Source: Octopus vulgaris | Lineage: Eukaryota | Reading direction: 5' to 3' | DNA: 64,000 bases | Assembly (NCBI GenBank): GCA_951406725.2 | Contig: OX597836.1 | Location: 3,100,001-3,164,000, forward strand | Shown: one piece after another, positions 41,840 to 55,236 of the stretch | Layout: each line of letters starts with the position of its first letter | How positions within the stretch are numbered: position 1 is the stretch's first letter | Translations under genes and position numbers: made by a program | Notes under the pieces: model-generated | What the model was told of the DNA's origin: nothing | The model's input: the letters and a program-made list of their open reading frames with translations, nothing else | Database searches by the model: none

Positions 41840-42348
41840 ACTTTTAATCTACATGTTTGTTTCCGTCACTTGCGGAGACACACCCAGTGTCCTGGGGGCA
41901 GCAAATGATAAGAGATGTTACATTATGATTGTAAGCTTCTTGAGGGAAAGTAGCGAAATATCATGTAATACAACACAGACATTTAAATTCATAAGGTTTT
42001 TGTAAGGATGTGGCTAGTACTTATCAGTACCATCTTTCGGATTTCTCTGAGATATGGTGCTTCTGGGATTTTGTCTACTTGTTTCTGACATCCCTATTTT
42101 CTTATACCGAGGCCACCTAGAATAACAGTTCTCGTTTTAAGATGGCGCATCTTTTGTATTTCAATTTCCAGGTCCTTATATTTACTTAGTTTGTCATACA
42201 CCTTGACAAATATATTTTTATCGGTGGGAACACTTCTATTAGTGTTCAAGTATTTTCTTCCCTGTCTTTAATGATTATGTCCGGTCGATTAGCCCGGATC
42301 GTTCCATCAGCGTTGACTGGAAAATCCCAGTAGATAGTGCAACCCCAT
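41840..42348 (-). mobile_element. 5'-truncated R4/Dong-like LINE (RLE domain plus 3' UTR), a different family from 41507-41777
   Basis: Minus frames IYWDFPVNADGTIRANRPDIIIKD..LIE and VPTDKNIFVKVYDKLSKYKDLEIEIQKM..LGGLG..IRKMVLISTSHILTKTL*; (TAA)n tail. Confidence 0.88.
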
Positions 42349-42350
42349 CA

Positions 42351-42780
42351 AACTTCGCATGGAGTTCCCTTTATCCGTTATGTTTGGACCTTTTCCCTTT
42401 CACCAAGCCAATGTCTCCAATGCTTAACATTTTGATACAAGACCCGTTTTCCTTCACCGGTCAACAGCCTCTTCCAAAAGGCCGAGATAAAATTACGGAA
42501 ACAAGAAGAGGAGACAATGTGTACACTCGGGATTTACGGGTGAGTTCAAACAAGTTATAAGGCAGCCATTTTTGCGAGTTTTGAGACCTTTCCAAGCTGT
42601 TGAAGATGGCTTCAACGAACCTTCCAAAAGGAACATAGCATCAAACTTAGTTAGACATCCTATTCGGGCCATATCTTCAAGGCGGAAATCTTCACTTCTG
42701 ACATTTACAAACCATTTCCTTCATGCTCTTACATTCAGGCACTCTTCTCCCTAAGCTAAGTAAATATTTCTTGTCGCTTC
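42351..42780 (-). pseudogene. Mariner-family transposase remnant (HTH through first catalytic Asp region)
   Basis: In order on the minus strand: GEECLNVRA*RKWFVNVRSEDFRLED, KWLPYNL (WVPHEL-like) and FWKRLLTGEGKRVLYQNVKH..WL (TGDEKW-like), then ELHAK. Frameshifted, and it ends at the Dong-like insertion. Confidence 0.8.
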
Positions 42781-43016
42781 ATACGTACATATACATATGT
42801 GCCTACATACACACGTACATACACAGATACATACATATATTTAGGTATATATATTTCACACAATGCCACGCTCGAGCATACAAGTGTTAATGCAGGTAAA
42901 GAATAATTCGTATTTGTCAGTGTATCAAATGTACCTTGAAATACCTGTGTATATATGTATATTTATATGCATGTATGAAAAGGTACGTACTCTTATAAAT
43001 GTATAACCATTATATA

Positions 43017-43066
<50 letters not shown>

Positions 43067-43676
43067 ATATATATATATATAGATATATATATATATAGAT
43101 ATAGATATATATATAGATATATATATAGATAGATAGATATATATAGAGAGATATATATATATATATATATACACACACAAACAAGCATATTTGTATAGAT
43201 TCACACAGACATGACACACATACAGGTATATATGTGTGACTGCACATATGCATGCATTTATTATTATTATGATTTTTGTTGTTGTTGCTATTATTATTAT
43301 TATTATTATTACAATTAGTGGTGTTGTTGTTAATATTTATCGTATTATTATTTATTCCTCAGGTTATACTTTCATCTTCAATCGCCATATCTCTCCTGGG
43401 ATTACTTTTGAAATTCTTACACAGCGATTTCAGTTAACCCTTATTACTCATACGTCGAAACAATCAATCGATTCCGACGTAGATGCATACACATATACAC
43501 GCTTACATACATACATGCGTATACACACACACACACATACACACACGTTCACAGAAACATATATGCATGCGTATATACGCGGTTGTAGTTATGTGTATAT
43601 ATATTTATACATGCACGTACATACGCACACACACCCTCATACTCGTATTCATTCATACATACATGCATGCATAGAT

Positions 43677-43712
<36 letters not shown>

Positions 43713-43765
43713 GTTTATATATATATGTATATATGTATATGCATATATGTATATGTATATATGTA

Positions 43766-43808
<43 letters not shown>

Positions 43809-44033
43809 CTGCATATATACATATATATATATACATATATACATATATATATATATACATACATATATATATATACGTTGTGGTTTTCTACACTTTGTCT
43901 TGTTACGCATGCCCAGTAGTGAAATCTTATTTGATTTTGTTCTTAATATCGCATTCATTTTTGGTTTTTCGCCCGATTCTTCCTCTCCTTCTTCCTCTTC
44001 TTCCCTTCCTTTTTCTTCATGTGATTTAAGTAA

Positions 44034-44390
44034 ATAATTAAAGTCCAACGCAAGATCTTGAAGGAATCAGGTAAAAACATCAAAGAGAAATTCCATACAC
44101 TGATGTAATTGGTTCCCGTCTAGTTTCCGGCCCTATAGTATGTGGCAATTGTAGATCTCTCATTTTATAGGTTTCGGGGAGAATGACGCACCAGCAAATA
44201 TACATTCGGTTTCTGTAGAATTTGCCAGCATTTCCTTCTCTTTTTTTTTTTTTTTCCATTTAATTATTCTTGGTGCTTGGTGTTACTTGGCATTGACGAA
44301 ATGAAAATTTAAACTCGAAATCCCCGTAAAACTCGAGCACTTAAATAATAATTAGTTTTCGTTCACAAACTAATGATCTGTTGCAAATAA
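44034..44390. repeat. Copy 1 of a local direct duplication (core 44068-44134)
   Basis: Aligns with 47035-47385; core 65/67 identical. Confidence 0.9.
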
Positions 44391-45180
44391 TGTTGTTGGA
44401 CCTACAGAACTATGATGTAAAAAATATTGTTATTTTATTTCCTGTGTGAGAAGGTGTTGTCAGCGACATAGTTTATCCAATGCGTCATCCTTTCGATTAT
44501 CTTTTTTATTACTTTCGACAGTAGCATGTGCTTTAAAGTAGAAGAATTTGGTTGTTATTTCTTGAAGACAAATCAACACGACTCCATTAAGTCTTCCTCA
44601 TTACCCCGTATCCAATACTGCAAAGGCGTCCGCTAGCGATATCGGATAGATATTTTGCTTCCTTTTTACTTCGATTCGCCAGGATATGGTTTATTTTGTT
44701 AATTAAAAGAAATATTTCCTGTTCTCATGTATTCTAGTCAAATGTCACAGTAAAGAAACAAACCCGTTTTGACGTCAGCAAAAGTAGACGAGAAAAGAAA
44801 GGAGAGAGGTGGAGTTAATTATTCATGCAATATGCTTTTTACCATATTCCTTCTCCGTTACAATCTCACCGAGAACATCTTACAGTTTGGTTTCTTTTTC
44901 TCTTCGTTACATCAAATAAAATGGTATTTGATTATATTCTCATGACAGAGAAAGATATGGGAATAACAAGCGTCATGTATTTTTAACTTAGAAATTTTTA
45001 TTTTAGGAAATTGGCGAATAGACACTTCTTATGTCACTTTAATATACCATAGATACGTTTTGACAGATCGTTGCTTAGAGAGGAGCTTCTTCATACTGTG
45101 GAAACATTTCTATGCTCGTGATACACACATGCACACATAAACACACACACACACAGGTATATATGTGTATATTCATATGT

Positions 45181-45240
<60 letters not shown>

Positions 45241-45243
<3 letters not shown>

Positions 45244-45425
45244 CCCTACCATCGCATGACAACCGATGCTAGTGTTTTTTACGTCCTTGTGACTTAGCCG
45301 TTCGTTAAAAGTGCCTGATAGAATAAGCACTAGGCTTACAATGCCCTAGGGTCAATTTGTTCGACTAAAGATGGCGATTCAGCATGGTCGCAGCCAAATG
45401 ACAGAAACAAGTAAATAAACAAAAA
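45241..45425 (+). mobile_element. SINE family B tail
   Basis: tgacaaccgatg..gtgt..acttagc.gttcg..gatagaataag..cagcatgg.cgcag..aaatgac.gaaacaagtaaa; matches 61015-61198. Confidence 0.8.
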
Positions 45426-45675
45426 TATATAACAGAATATATATGTATGTATGTATAGAGACACACATGCGTGCGATTACAGAAATATCACGTGTATATA
45501 ACTGCCTGTCCTCCCCCAGTCTCAAAACATGGACTCATCCTATGGGTTTCGTCTCAAATATATGCTGTTAATTTCAGAAATATATATGTGGTGCTGACAA
45601 AATTAGTGAAACTTATCAATGTTTGATTGTATGTATATATATCATATATTTATCTTTATACATATACGAGTATAC

Positions 45676-45742
<67 letters not shown>

Positions 45743-45751
45743 GGTACATAC

Positions 45752-45793
<42 letters not shown>

Positions 45794-45800
45794 TAGATAG

Positions 45801-45885
<85 letters not shown>

Positions 45886-46199
45886 TACACATACACACAT
45901 ACACGCATACATCAACATAAATGTATGCATTTACACATATCGCTTATTCGTTCCTCCAGCAACTCATTTTAAGATCTTCTGCTGTTACTTAAATTATATT
46001 CGAATTCCTTATTTGACGAAATTTAGGGAGCACATATTACTCATAGATCTAAGAACTCAGCCAATCATTATAGATTATCATCGCTGCATCTCTGCCCTTT
46101 GCGCTATTTCAAACAACGTCTGCGCATGCTTTTATAATCAGATCTTTTTTTTTATCATTTCTTGTTTTAATTTTTTTTTTAAGTCATTGGTTTTTGGTT

Positions 46200-46286
46200 T
46201 TTTCTTCGTTTCTCTCTCTTTCTTCATCTTCGCTTTCTCCTACTCTCCCTCTCATCCTCTACTTCCTCTCTTCTCCCTCTTCTCCT

Positions 46287-46361
<75 letters not shown>

Positions 46362-47022
46362 TTCTCCTTTGTCTTTTTTCCTTCTTTTCCTCTCTTTTCC
46401 TCTTCTTTCTCTTCTCCCTATTCGTTGACGTCATTGTCGCCGTCGTCATTTTCTTCTTTGCAGTTTTTCATGTCTTCTCCTCATCAGATTCGTCTCCTTT
46501 TCGTTCCCCTACTATTAATCCACCTCCTCCATCTTCTTCTTCTTCTTCTTCTACTTCTTTTTCTTGTCTCTTCTTCTTCTCATTCTTCTTCCTCATCTTC
46601 TTCATCTTCTTCTCATTCTTTTTATTCTTCCTCTTCTTCCACTTCTTCTTCTCATTCTTCTTCTTCTTCTTCTTGTCTCTTCTTCTTCTTCTCCAACCAC
46701 CTTCTTTTTCTTCTTCTTTTCCTCCACTTCCTCCTTTTCCACCTTCTTTTTCCTTCTTGTTTTCCCCCTACTCCTCCACCTCCTTTTTATTTTCTCCTTA
46801 GCCTACTCCTCCTTCATCTTTTCATCCTTCTCCGTCTTCCTGTCTCTTCTCTTCCCCTCCTTTTACTTTTTCTCCTCCTACCCTACTTCTTCATCTTCCT
46901 TTCATCCTTCTCCCCTCCACACTTCTTGTCTCTTCACCTCCTCCACCTCCTCCTCCTCCTCCTCCTCCTCCAAATCTTGTCCTTTCCTTCTTTTTTTTTT
47001 CCTTTCTTCTTCAACACCATCT
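46200..47022. repeat. Long polypyrimidine low-complexity tract with (ACT)n, (CTT)n and (CCT)n
   Basis: Directly visible; explains the 262 and 282 aa F/S/L-rich ORFs. Confidence 0.95.
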
Positions 47023-47034
47023 TATTTAAAGTAT

Positions 47035-47385
47035 ATAATTAAAGTTTAGCATAAGATTTCAAAGGAAACAGGTAAAAACATCAAAGAGAAATTCCATACA
47101 CTGATGTAATTGGTTCCCGTTCAGTTTCCGGCCCTTCAGCAAACGTCGATTGTAAACTTATCATCATTGAGTTTTCAAGGGAGATCACACACTAAGAAAT
47201 ATTTCCGATTTTACACAAGTACGAAGCAAGCGATTTTTTTTTTTTACAACTTGGCCACTTGATGTTCCTTGACATTAAGCATAATAAAAACCTCACCTCC
47301 CCCCTCCGCACCACCATCAGATTCTCGCCAAATTGCAACACTTTATGAATAATTGGGTTTTCGGTTCAAGAATTAATGATTTACA
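47035..47385. repeat. Copy 2 of the local direct duplication (core 47069-47135)
   Basis: Aligns with 44034-44390. Confidence 0.9.
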
Positions 47386-48074
47386 AGAAAAATGCACTGG
47401 AATGTCAATCTTGATCTTGCAGACCTATGCGTCAACTTTTACTTTCTTCTTGGCATTTTAGAAGTTCCATTCCAGGTGGAATATGGAGACAGTATATCTA
47501 GGAAAACATCTTCTCAGTGCTTTTTCTTTCCAAGTTTTAAGCTAATAACTGGTGATCTGAAGTGATATTTCACTGTTGTTTCTTGCAGATCACACGTTCT
47601 GTGGATCTTTTGCTTACGCCTGTGATCATAACCTGTGAATATTCAGGGCCCGGTTCAAACCCAGGCAGCATCCGTTCTGATGGCTAGCGGTGATTTGATC
47701 TGTGAATCCTCTGTAACGGTCGGCAATCGACGGCAAGACGATCTGCTACGGTTCACACTATCCCAACATGTGTCTGCATGTGACCGGGGACCACATGAGA
47801 ACATGTACGCCCACTGAAACCAGGGGCACAAACTGTACACTTCAACAACGAATGACGATTACGGACATGGTGTCCCCATTACGGACATGGTGTCCGATGT
47901 GATTACCCTCACCGTAGGCTGACCGTCATATGTGGTCAGCATTTGTGAGGGACACAGTGAACTCGTTGATCGAAGCGGGCTGGACCCACGCCGGGTAAAT
48001 TCCACCGCAAGAACACGTATGTAAGTACAGCTCAATCATCCCTGTCTACAGTAGGTACATGACCTGAAATTTGG

Positions 48075-48237
48075 AGAGAGGTCGCTTAGTCGATTACATC
48101 AGCCCCATGCTGGATTAGTACTTGTTTTATCAACCCTGAAAGGATTAGAAAGCAAAGTCGCCCTGAGATTTAAAGATAGATGAAGTGGCGCTGAGCATGT
48201 TGTACGGCGCAGAAACTATTCTGTCAGCTCTCCGCTT
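48075..48237 (-). mobile_element. Degenerate SINE family A copy
   Basis: agtcgattacatc..agtact..ttttatc..gaaaggat..gcaaagtcg..cagctc.ccgc motifs. Confidence 0.65.
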
Positions 48238-49345
48238 TTATCAGAATAATAAATACTTTCGTAAGTGTGTCTGCTTCATTCGCTTGTATCAAATGATATA
48301 ATGGTCTTTCCAAATAGACAACGTGAAATGAATTGCTTTACGCATGGACGCAATGCTCCGTCCAGTCCTGGAATTGAACCGATGGTATCATAATCATGAG
48401 ACGAACACTATAACTGCTGAACTGTGCCTTCTGATACTATTAGAAATGAAAAGTAAATCACCTTGAAATTACAAACACCACAGATTCTCAAGAAGTAAAT
48501 TACAAACTATATAAGGTAAACCGAGACAGATAACAGCAGTTCGAAAACTGATCTCTATGGCATAAACAAGATTTGAACGCCGATGGCTGGAATCTGCCAC
48601 ATCAGGGTTGGTTTGGAACAAAATAATGTTATATGAAATTGAAAAATAGCTATAATTTTGAGGGTGATTGTGGAATTCTCTATTAAATCTCTCCGAGTAT
48701 TTGAATGTTATTTTATCCATTCCGATATAATGAAAGGCAAAATAGTTCCAAATAGATTTTAAAGTCAGAACAGAAAGAATTATAATTAAACAACGCTAGT
48801 TATTTTGTAAGACACATTAATGATTCTGCTAGTCAGCCGCCCTCCTGGGGCTCACTATATTAACAACACTCTATTGTCCAATGAATTAATTGCGAAAAAT
48901 ACATAAAATATCATTTAAGAAATTTTAGGTAATGAATCCATAAACTCAGGAATTTCCAGCGTTTCCTAGTAACCATGAAATTTCCGAAGACACTTTTGAG
49001 GACGTTAAAAATTCTAAAATATAAATATATAAATATCGTTCAATTAACAAATTTCCTTTTGAAATGTTTGCCGAGGAATGAAAATATGTTTTAATTATCT
49101 AATGAAATATAGAGTGATACTCCAATAAAACTATGATATATAAAAGGAATCGATATGTCCATTGGTGGATGTTTCGGGGAATGTATGACAGCACGACTGT
49201 GTTCAATGTTGTTCTGTGCGTCTCAGGTGATACATAAAGATATGTGTATAGGAAAGTGTCTATATACGGATATTAACATACGTGCACATGTATACACACA
49301 CGCACAAACACGCACAAACACGCACAAACACACACACATATAAAT

Positions 49346-49401
<56 letters not shown>

Positions 49402-49558
49402 TAGACCGCTAGTGGCGAAAAGATTTCTATTGAATTTTTTGCTACCCTATATTGATTAATTGATGAAAAAAAATATATATATATTGGTAAAAACGGTAAG
49501 ATAGCAAAATATATATATATAATATATATATATATGATATATATATATATAACATACA

Positions 49559-49618
<60 letters not shown>

Positions 49619-49876
49619 ATATGTATGCTTTGGTGGGCCTGTACATGTTCTTTTAATGGTGTATGTGCTTATGAACATTATGTGTGTATGTGTGCGTGTG
49701 AGTATCTACATTTATATACATATAATATTAACAAACACTGACAGATATGCATACGAATGCACATATATAACATCTATACATACATATATGTATACATATG
49801 TATACACATACACATATATACATATGTATATATATGTATATATATATGTGTGTGTGTATACATATATATATGTATG

Positions 49877-49952
<76 letters not shown>

Positions 49953-50633
49953 CATGTATACACACATATATTTAAACATACACATACATACGCGTTTCTG
50001 CGTAAGAGCGCTGTGGGTATTTAAACAACATCCGCAAAAGAAATGATACAGCTCATAAGAGGAATGCTATTCTCAACCATTTGCAAAGAATAAATGCGAT
50101 GTCAGTGGCTCCACATATTTGATTTTTGCGACATTAAAATCTCAGAAATGATATTTTAGCTCATAAAAGATCTATAACTGTGTGAGCTTGTGTTTGTGTG
50201 TGTGTTTCTCTCCCGTGTTTCTGTGACATAAAGTACGACCGCCTCCGCCCACCTTCCTGCCATACCACCATTATCCCACGCTATTACTCTTTCCCACTTG
50301 TACATCTACATACGCATAGATTCTTCTCAAGAACCCACGCGTACATATGCACCCATCATGCACATACCATCTCCTATGCCTTCCACTATACATGTATAAT
50401 CATCTATATAGGAGCACAAAACCACGCCTCCTCCTCCTTTCTTAACAGTTCTTCATGGAACCGCATTCCTGCGCAGCCCCTAAACATGGTCCTCATTTCA
50501 TTTCCCAACCACATTTTATTTTTTGGTTTTACTCATTCTTTATATCTGCTACAGGACATACGCCCGAAACGTCAAAATTGATTCCCTTCCTTTTTTCCTT
50601 TTGTTCGACTCACGTTGTCTACTTTTTCTGCGC

Positions 50634-50790
50634 ATCTTTCGGTTTCTGTCAACCAAATTCAATCACAAGGCTTTGGTGGGCTCGAGGTTATAGTAGAAAA
50701 CACTTGCCCAAGATGCTACGTAATGGGACTGAACCTGGACCCATGTGGTTGGTAAGCAAGTTACTTACCACAGAGCCACTCTTGCGGCTA
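50634..50790 (-). mobile_element. SINE family B (CORE-like) head
   Basis: cacaaggctttgg..cgaggttatagtagaa.acacttgcccaag..gggactgaacc..ccatgtggttggtaagcaag; reverse of 18343-18500. Confidence 0.8.
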
Positions 50791-51738
50791 TATGTGTAAA
50801 TGATATATTATGGATCAATAATAACTGTTTCAGAACAGCAACGGAATTTGTTCATCCTGTGGTGTTGCTACAACATAGATTGTACGATCAAACCCGTATC
50901 AGGTGTTTGAATGCAGATAGACGCAGGTATATTCAGGAAATGGAGTCTAACCTCGAATTGTGCATGTGTATGTGTGTGTAGGTACGTGTGTATATGTGTG
51001 TACAAGTGGTTGTATCTGTATGCGTATGTGTGTGTTTGTGTTCCTATTACGGTGGAATTTTTTCTCGGATATTCACTAAATTCTATGCTCACGTGCTCTC
51101 TATTCGTCTCGGATCTCCATCTCTTTCTGGATATACATGCATATGCATAATACCACCACTATAAAACAACAAATACACATACATACACACACACCATATA
51201 TGTATGTATGTGTGTGTGTGCACGCGTGAGTGCGTGTCTGTAAGTGTATACGCGTGAGTATGTGTCTGTGTGTCCCTCCTAAACCTCTAACCTCGTTAAT
51301 GGACTCAATTTAATTGCCACATTTTCACACCGCACCCACCTCACAACACTCCACCCTCCTCACCGCACTCCCCCCCCAACTGCTCTCCACACCCCATCTT
51401 TTCACCATTGATGAGCCTTGATATTACCTTCTCCCATTCCCTTTTTTTTTCACTATCCATTTCCCCCATCCATGACCCCAACAGTCAACAATTATTTAGA
51501 TAATTGCTATCAAACTCGTCACATCACTAACACTTTACGCTAATTTTCTCTCTCATTCTCTCTCTCTCTTTCTATCTCCCTCTCTCCTTCACCCATTCTC
51601 TCCCTTTCTCCCTCTCTCCCTTCCGTACAATGCTTCTCTTTTTTATACACACTCGTGAACGAACAGCTTCACACACATTGTATTTCCTTTTTCCATTTTT
51701 TCTTATTTACCCTCCGGTTGTGTGTGTGTGTGCATGCA

Positions 51739-51772
<34 letters not shown>

Positions 51773-52487
51773 CTAATGGACTAAGCAGAACAGGAGACAC
51801 GTGGGATTGAAGAGTTCTGAAGCGGTCAGAGTGTGTGACTAATGTTATCTAGAGAATGGACATAAGATAAGATAAGAACGAGTGAAGAACGAACATATAG
51901 TACGTGTGTTTATTTGGCAAGAAAATATGGCCGTCCCGAAATATAACAATATCTCTTTCACCACACGGTTTCACATCAGAAACGTTGCAACGGACATACA
52001 GAAACGTAAAACAAATTCATAAATGAAAATATATTGTTTTCATTTATATGTATAAACGTAAAGGAATAGGGATTTGTGATCCGGGCAGATACCTTATTAT
52101 CATTCCAATATAATCCGGCTGTTGCTAACCACATCGTACGATAGGGAATATACAGAAGTGTTGAAAACAAACAATCCAAGCTAATTCTTTCAACAGATAA
52201 ATGCTGTGTTCGCTTCGTTGAAATTCATACGGCATAGAGAGTGTATAATCAAGGCATCATAAAGAACTGAGAGCAATACATCTTGCAAATTGTTTCTTGC
52301 AATGTTATTCTCAATAAATTTACCTAAGAGTCCAATCCGACACGTGTTTCTGTTGTATATATTACGTAATGCCCCTCCATGTGCATTCACTTGGTTCAAT
52401 TCCTGTAGACATACATTCAGGGTAGATATTGCAATACACATTTCTTCATTTGTTGTGATGTCAATGCTGTACTTTGTCATTTGAGTG

Positions 52488-52810
52488 TGAGGTGTATGGC
52501 TCAGTGGTTAGCGCTTCGAGCTCACGATCATGAGGTAATGAATTATATTCCTGGATTGGGATGTGTGTTGTGTTCTTGAGCAAGACCCCTTATTTCACGC
52601 AGCTGTAGAAATGAGTCACTATGTCAATGGTACCAAGCTGTATCGCACTTTGCCTTTTCCTTGGATAATATCAGTGGCGTGGAGAGAGGAGGCTGATTAT
52701 GCATGGGTGACTGCTGGTCTTCCATAGACAAACTTGCCCGGACTTGTGCCTCGGAGAGGAAATTTCTAGGTGCGATCTCATTGTCATTGTTGATCAAAGG
52801 CGGTCTTTAT
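52488..52810 (+). mobile_element. Near full-length tRNA-derived SINE (family D)
   Basis: A-box tggctcagtggtta at ~52497, decayed B-box, body colinear with 12797-13066. Confidence 0.85.
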
Positions 52811-53347
52811 GATGGTGGAATGTGAAGGAAAGTTAGCTGCTATTTCTAATAAGTCTGTTTACATTACAAAGGCCTCGTTCGTTGGATTATACATGCATCT
52901 CATGTAACTATATATGCAATGCAAAAGAGAGATTATTGTATTTAAGGATGTTTACCCGATGTGGTCATGCCTAGCTCAGACTTACTAACAGCCTACAATT
53001 CCAAAGAACATTTTCAGTCGGAAATCAACACCTCCGAATATAACCTTCAAGTTAAAAAGAGATGGGGATTATTCGAAGGTAAAATTTTTAGTAATCGGAA
53101 AGACAAAAAAAATTGAATCAAATTCTTTGCTGCTGTTTGTAGCAAAATGTGATAAATACTTCACTGGGAAATGGCAAATAAATATATAGATAGGCTTTCG
53201 CAGGTCATAGCTTCATATATTCTGAAGAAAACCTGAATACACAGGTCCCACAAACACGCGCATACACAAATAGACGCGCACGCACTTCCGTGCACACAGG
53301 TACATATTGGTATATACGTGCATATAGAGATAGATGCATGCATATAT

Positions 53348-53405
<58 letters not shown>

Positions 53406-53421
53406 CAGGATGTATGTATAA

Positions 53422-53473
<52 letters not shown>

Positions 53474-53989
53474 GCAAAAATTTTTAGACATATACATATA
53501 TGTATATATATATACGTATGCTTATGTTTGTATATATATAAGTATATATATATAGACGCATACAGTATGTAGACACGCACATATTCCTATATATGTTCAG
53601 ATGATATCAAGTAACTACAACTGAAAGTATTTTTCATACTTTACAGAAAATGGCCACTTGTCATAAGTGTGGTTATCAACTCCAGCTATGAATCTTGCCA
53701 ATTTCTTCTTTAAGCCGTTTCTACTTGTCTCTCATTTACAGAATACATACACCTTCTCCCGCAGTAATACTTGACTCCTTCTTTTCTTCCCTCTCTCCTC
53801 TCTCTCCATTCTGTTTTTATTTCTTATTCTTTGTACAACTCATTCAGTCTGTCCATATATCATTCGGCATCCTTCTTTCGCATATCTCGATACTTCCGAA
53901 CCGAATATATCATATATGGTTTACAAAAGAAGCGAATCTTTCTATTTATTATTCTTATTCAAAATCATCATCATCATCATCATTCCTAA

Positions 53990-54222
53990 GGCGGCGAGCT
54001 GGCAGAAACGTTAGCGCGCCAGGCGAAATGCGTAGCCGTATTTCGTCTGCTGGTACGTTCTGAGTTCAAATTCCGCCGAGGTCGACTTTGCGTTTCATCC
54101 TTTCGGGGTCGATTAAATAAGCACCAGTTACGCACTGGGGTCAATATAATCGACTTAATCCGTTTGTCTGTCCTTGTTTGTCCTCTCGGTGTTTAACACC
54201 TTGTGGGTAGTAAAGAGTAGGG
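53990..54222 (+). mobile_element. Full-length tRNA-derived SINE family A
   Basis: ggcggcgagctggcagaaacgttagc..gagttcaaattccgccgaggtcgac..tgtccttgtttgtcc..ccttgtgggtagtaaag; closely matches the reverse complement of 16736-16966. Confidence 0.92.
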
Positions 54223-54838
54223 GTAGTGGCACCTATTGTAGCCCACTTCGTAGTGTGGAAATCGACGTAAATACAATAATACTGCAGCATATTTTCTGCT
54301 CCATTTTTGGTAACTTTACCTTCAAGACAACTTGAATGTAAAGAACAACTCAAACAAATGGAAAAAAAATTAGTTTAGCTGGCGGTGGTTGGAGGTTCCA
54401 CATCAAATCACTGTGAAGATATCTCACCACGAATCTAAAATTAGATTATATGCCCTCTCGGTTTAAGAAACTAGTTACTCGCAAAAATTCCTATCGATGA
54501 CTTGTCTTCGTATACCTTCAGGTCTTTTAGCCAAACTTAGAGTTTATAGGTTAAATTTCTCTATGTCGCAGTTTCAAGAGAGAAGAAAAAATCGGATGAA
54601 TTTTGTTGTCAAAACGGCAGGAGGTGATTGGGGAGACGTGCTTTTGTAGATCATTCTATTTTGGGGATGTTGTTGGTTGCCATCAGTTTCTAGAGGCATA
54701 AAGGAAAGAAATAGAATATAGAAGTTTTCTTTTTTGTTAAATTGAATTATTATATGTATTTGTCTCATAATCTATACATATAAGAATATATATATATATC
54801 AGTTTAGCTATCTGTATGTATATGTATAGACATATAGC

Positions 54839-54888
<50 letters not shown>

Positions 54889-54960
54889 TATATATATATG
54901 TATGCATATATATACATATCTATAGATATGCAGATTTAGGTTCTTCTATGCGCGTTTTCC

Positions 54961-55137
54961 TTTATTCGTTTCAGTCATTCGACTGCGGCCATGCTGGAGC
55001 AAGGCCTTTAATCGAGCGAATGGCTTCAGGACTTATTCTTTCTAAGCCTAGTACTTATTCTATCGGTCATTTCTTCCAAAACGCGAAGTTATCGGGACGT
55101 AAACACACCTGCATCGGTTGTCAAGCGATTTTGTGGG
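54961..55137 (-). mobile_element. SINE family B tail
   Basis: Reverse complement of the tail at 45241-45425 and 61015-61198. Confidence 0.8.
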
Positions 55138-55158
55138 AACACAAACATACGCAAGTAT

Positions 55159-55193
<35 letters not shown>

Positions 55194-55236
55194 TACATAC
55201 ATACATATATATATATATATGACATTGCAGATTTCC

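Noticed and set aside
41299-41840. Repeat-spacer-repeat pattern resembling a CRISPR array
   Set aside because: The repeats are variable-length ATT microsatellites, the spacers are 115-270 bp inserts (one a clear LINE end), the context is eukaryotic, and there are no cas genes.
44034-44108. Short reading frame ..GKNIKEKFHTLM* across the duplicated core as a terminal coding exon
   Set aside because: Copy 2 has an in-frame stop upstream, conservation continues past the stop, and there is no synonymous-site pattern.
44068-44134. Pre-miRNA, C/D snoRNA or spliced-leader RNA interpretation of the conserved core
   Set aside because: There is no long hairpin on either strand, C/D boxes are not conserved in both copies, and the putative leader upstream of the GT is the diverged part, with no good Sm site.
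46013-47049. Longest ORFs (262 and 282 aa) that look like membrane proteins
   Set aside because: The polypyrimidine tract is open in all three frames simultaneously, so this is a compositional artefact.
52190-52480. 96 aa complex-composition ORF on the minus strand
   Set aside because: No motif I recognise, no clear splice signals, and it starts at a SINE boundary. It cannot be supported without a homology search.
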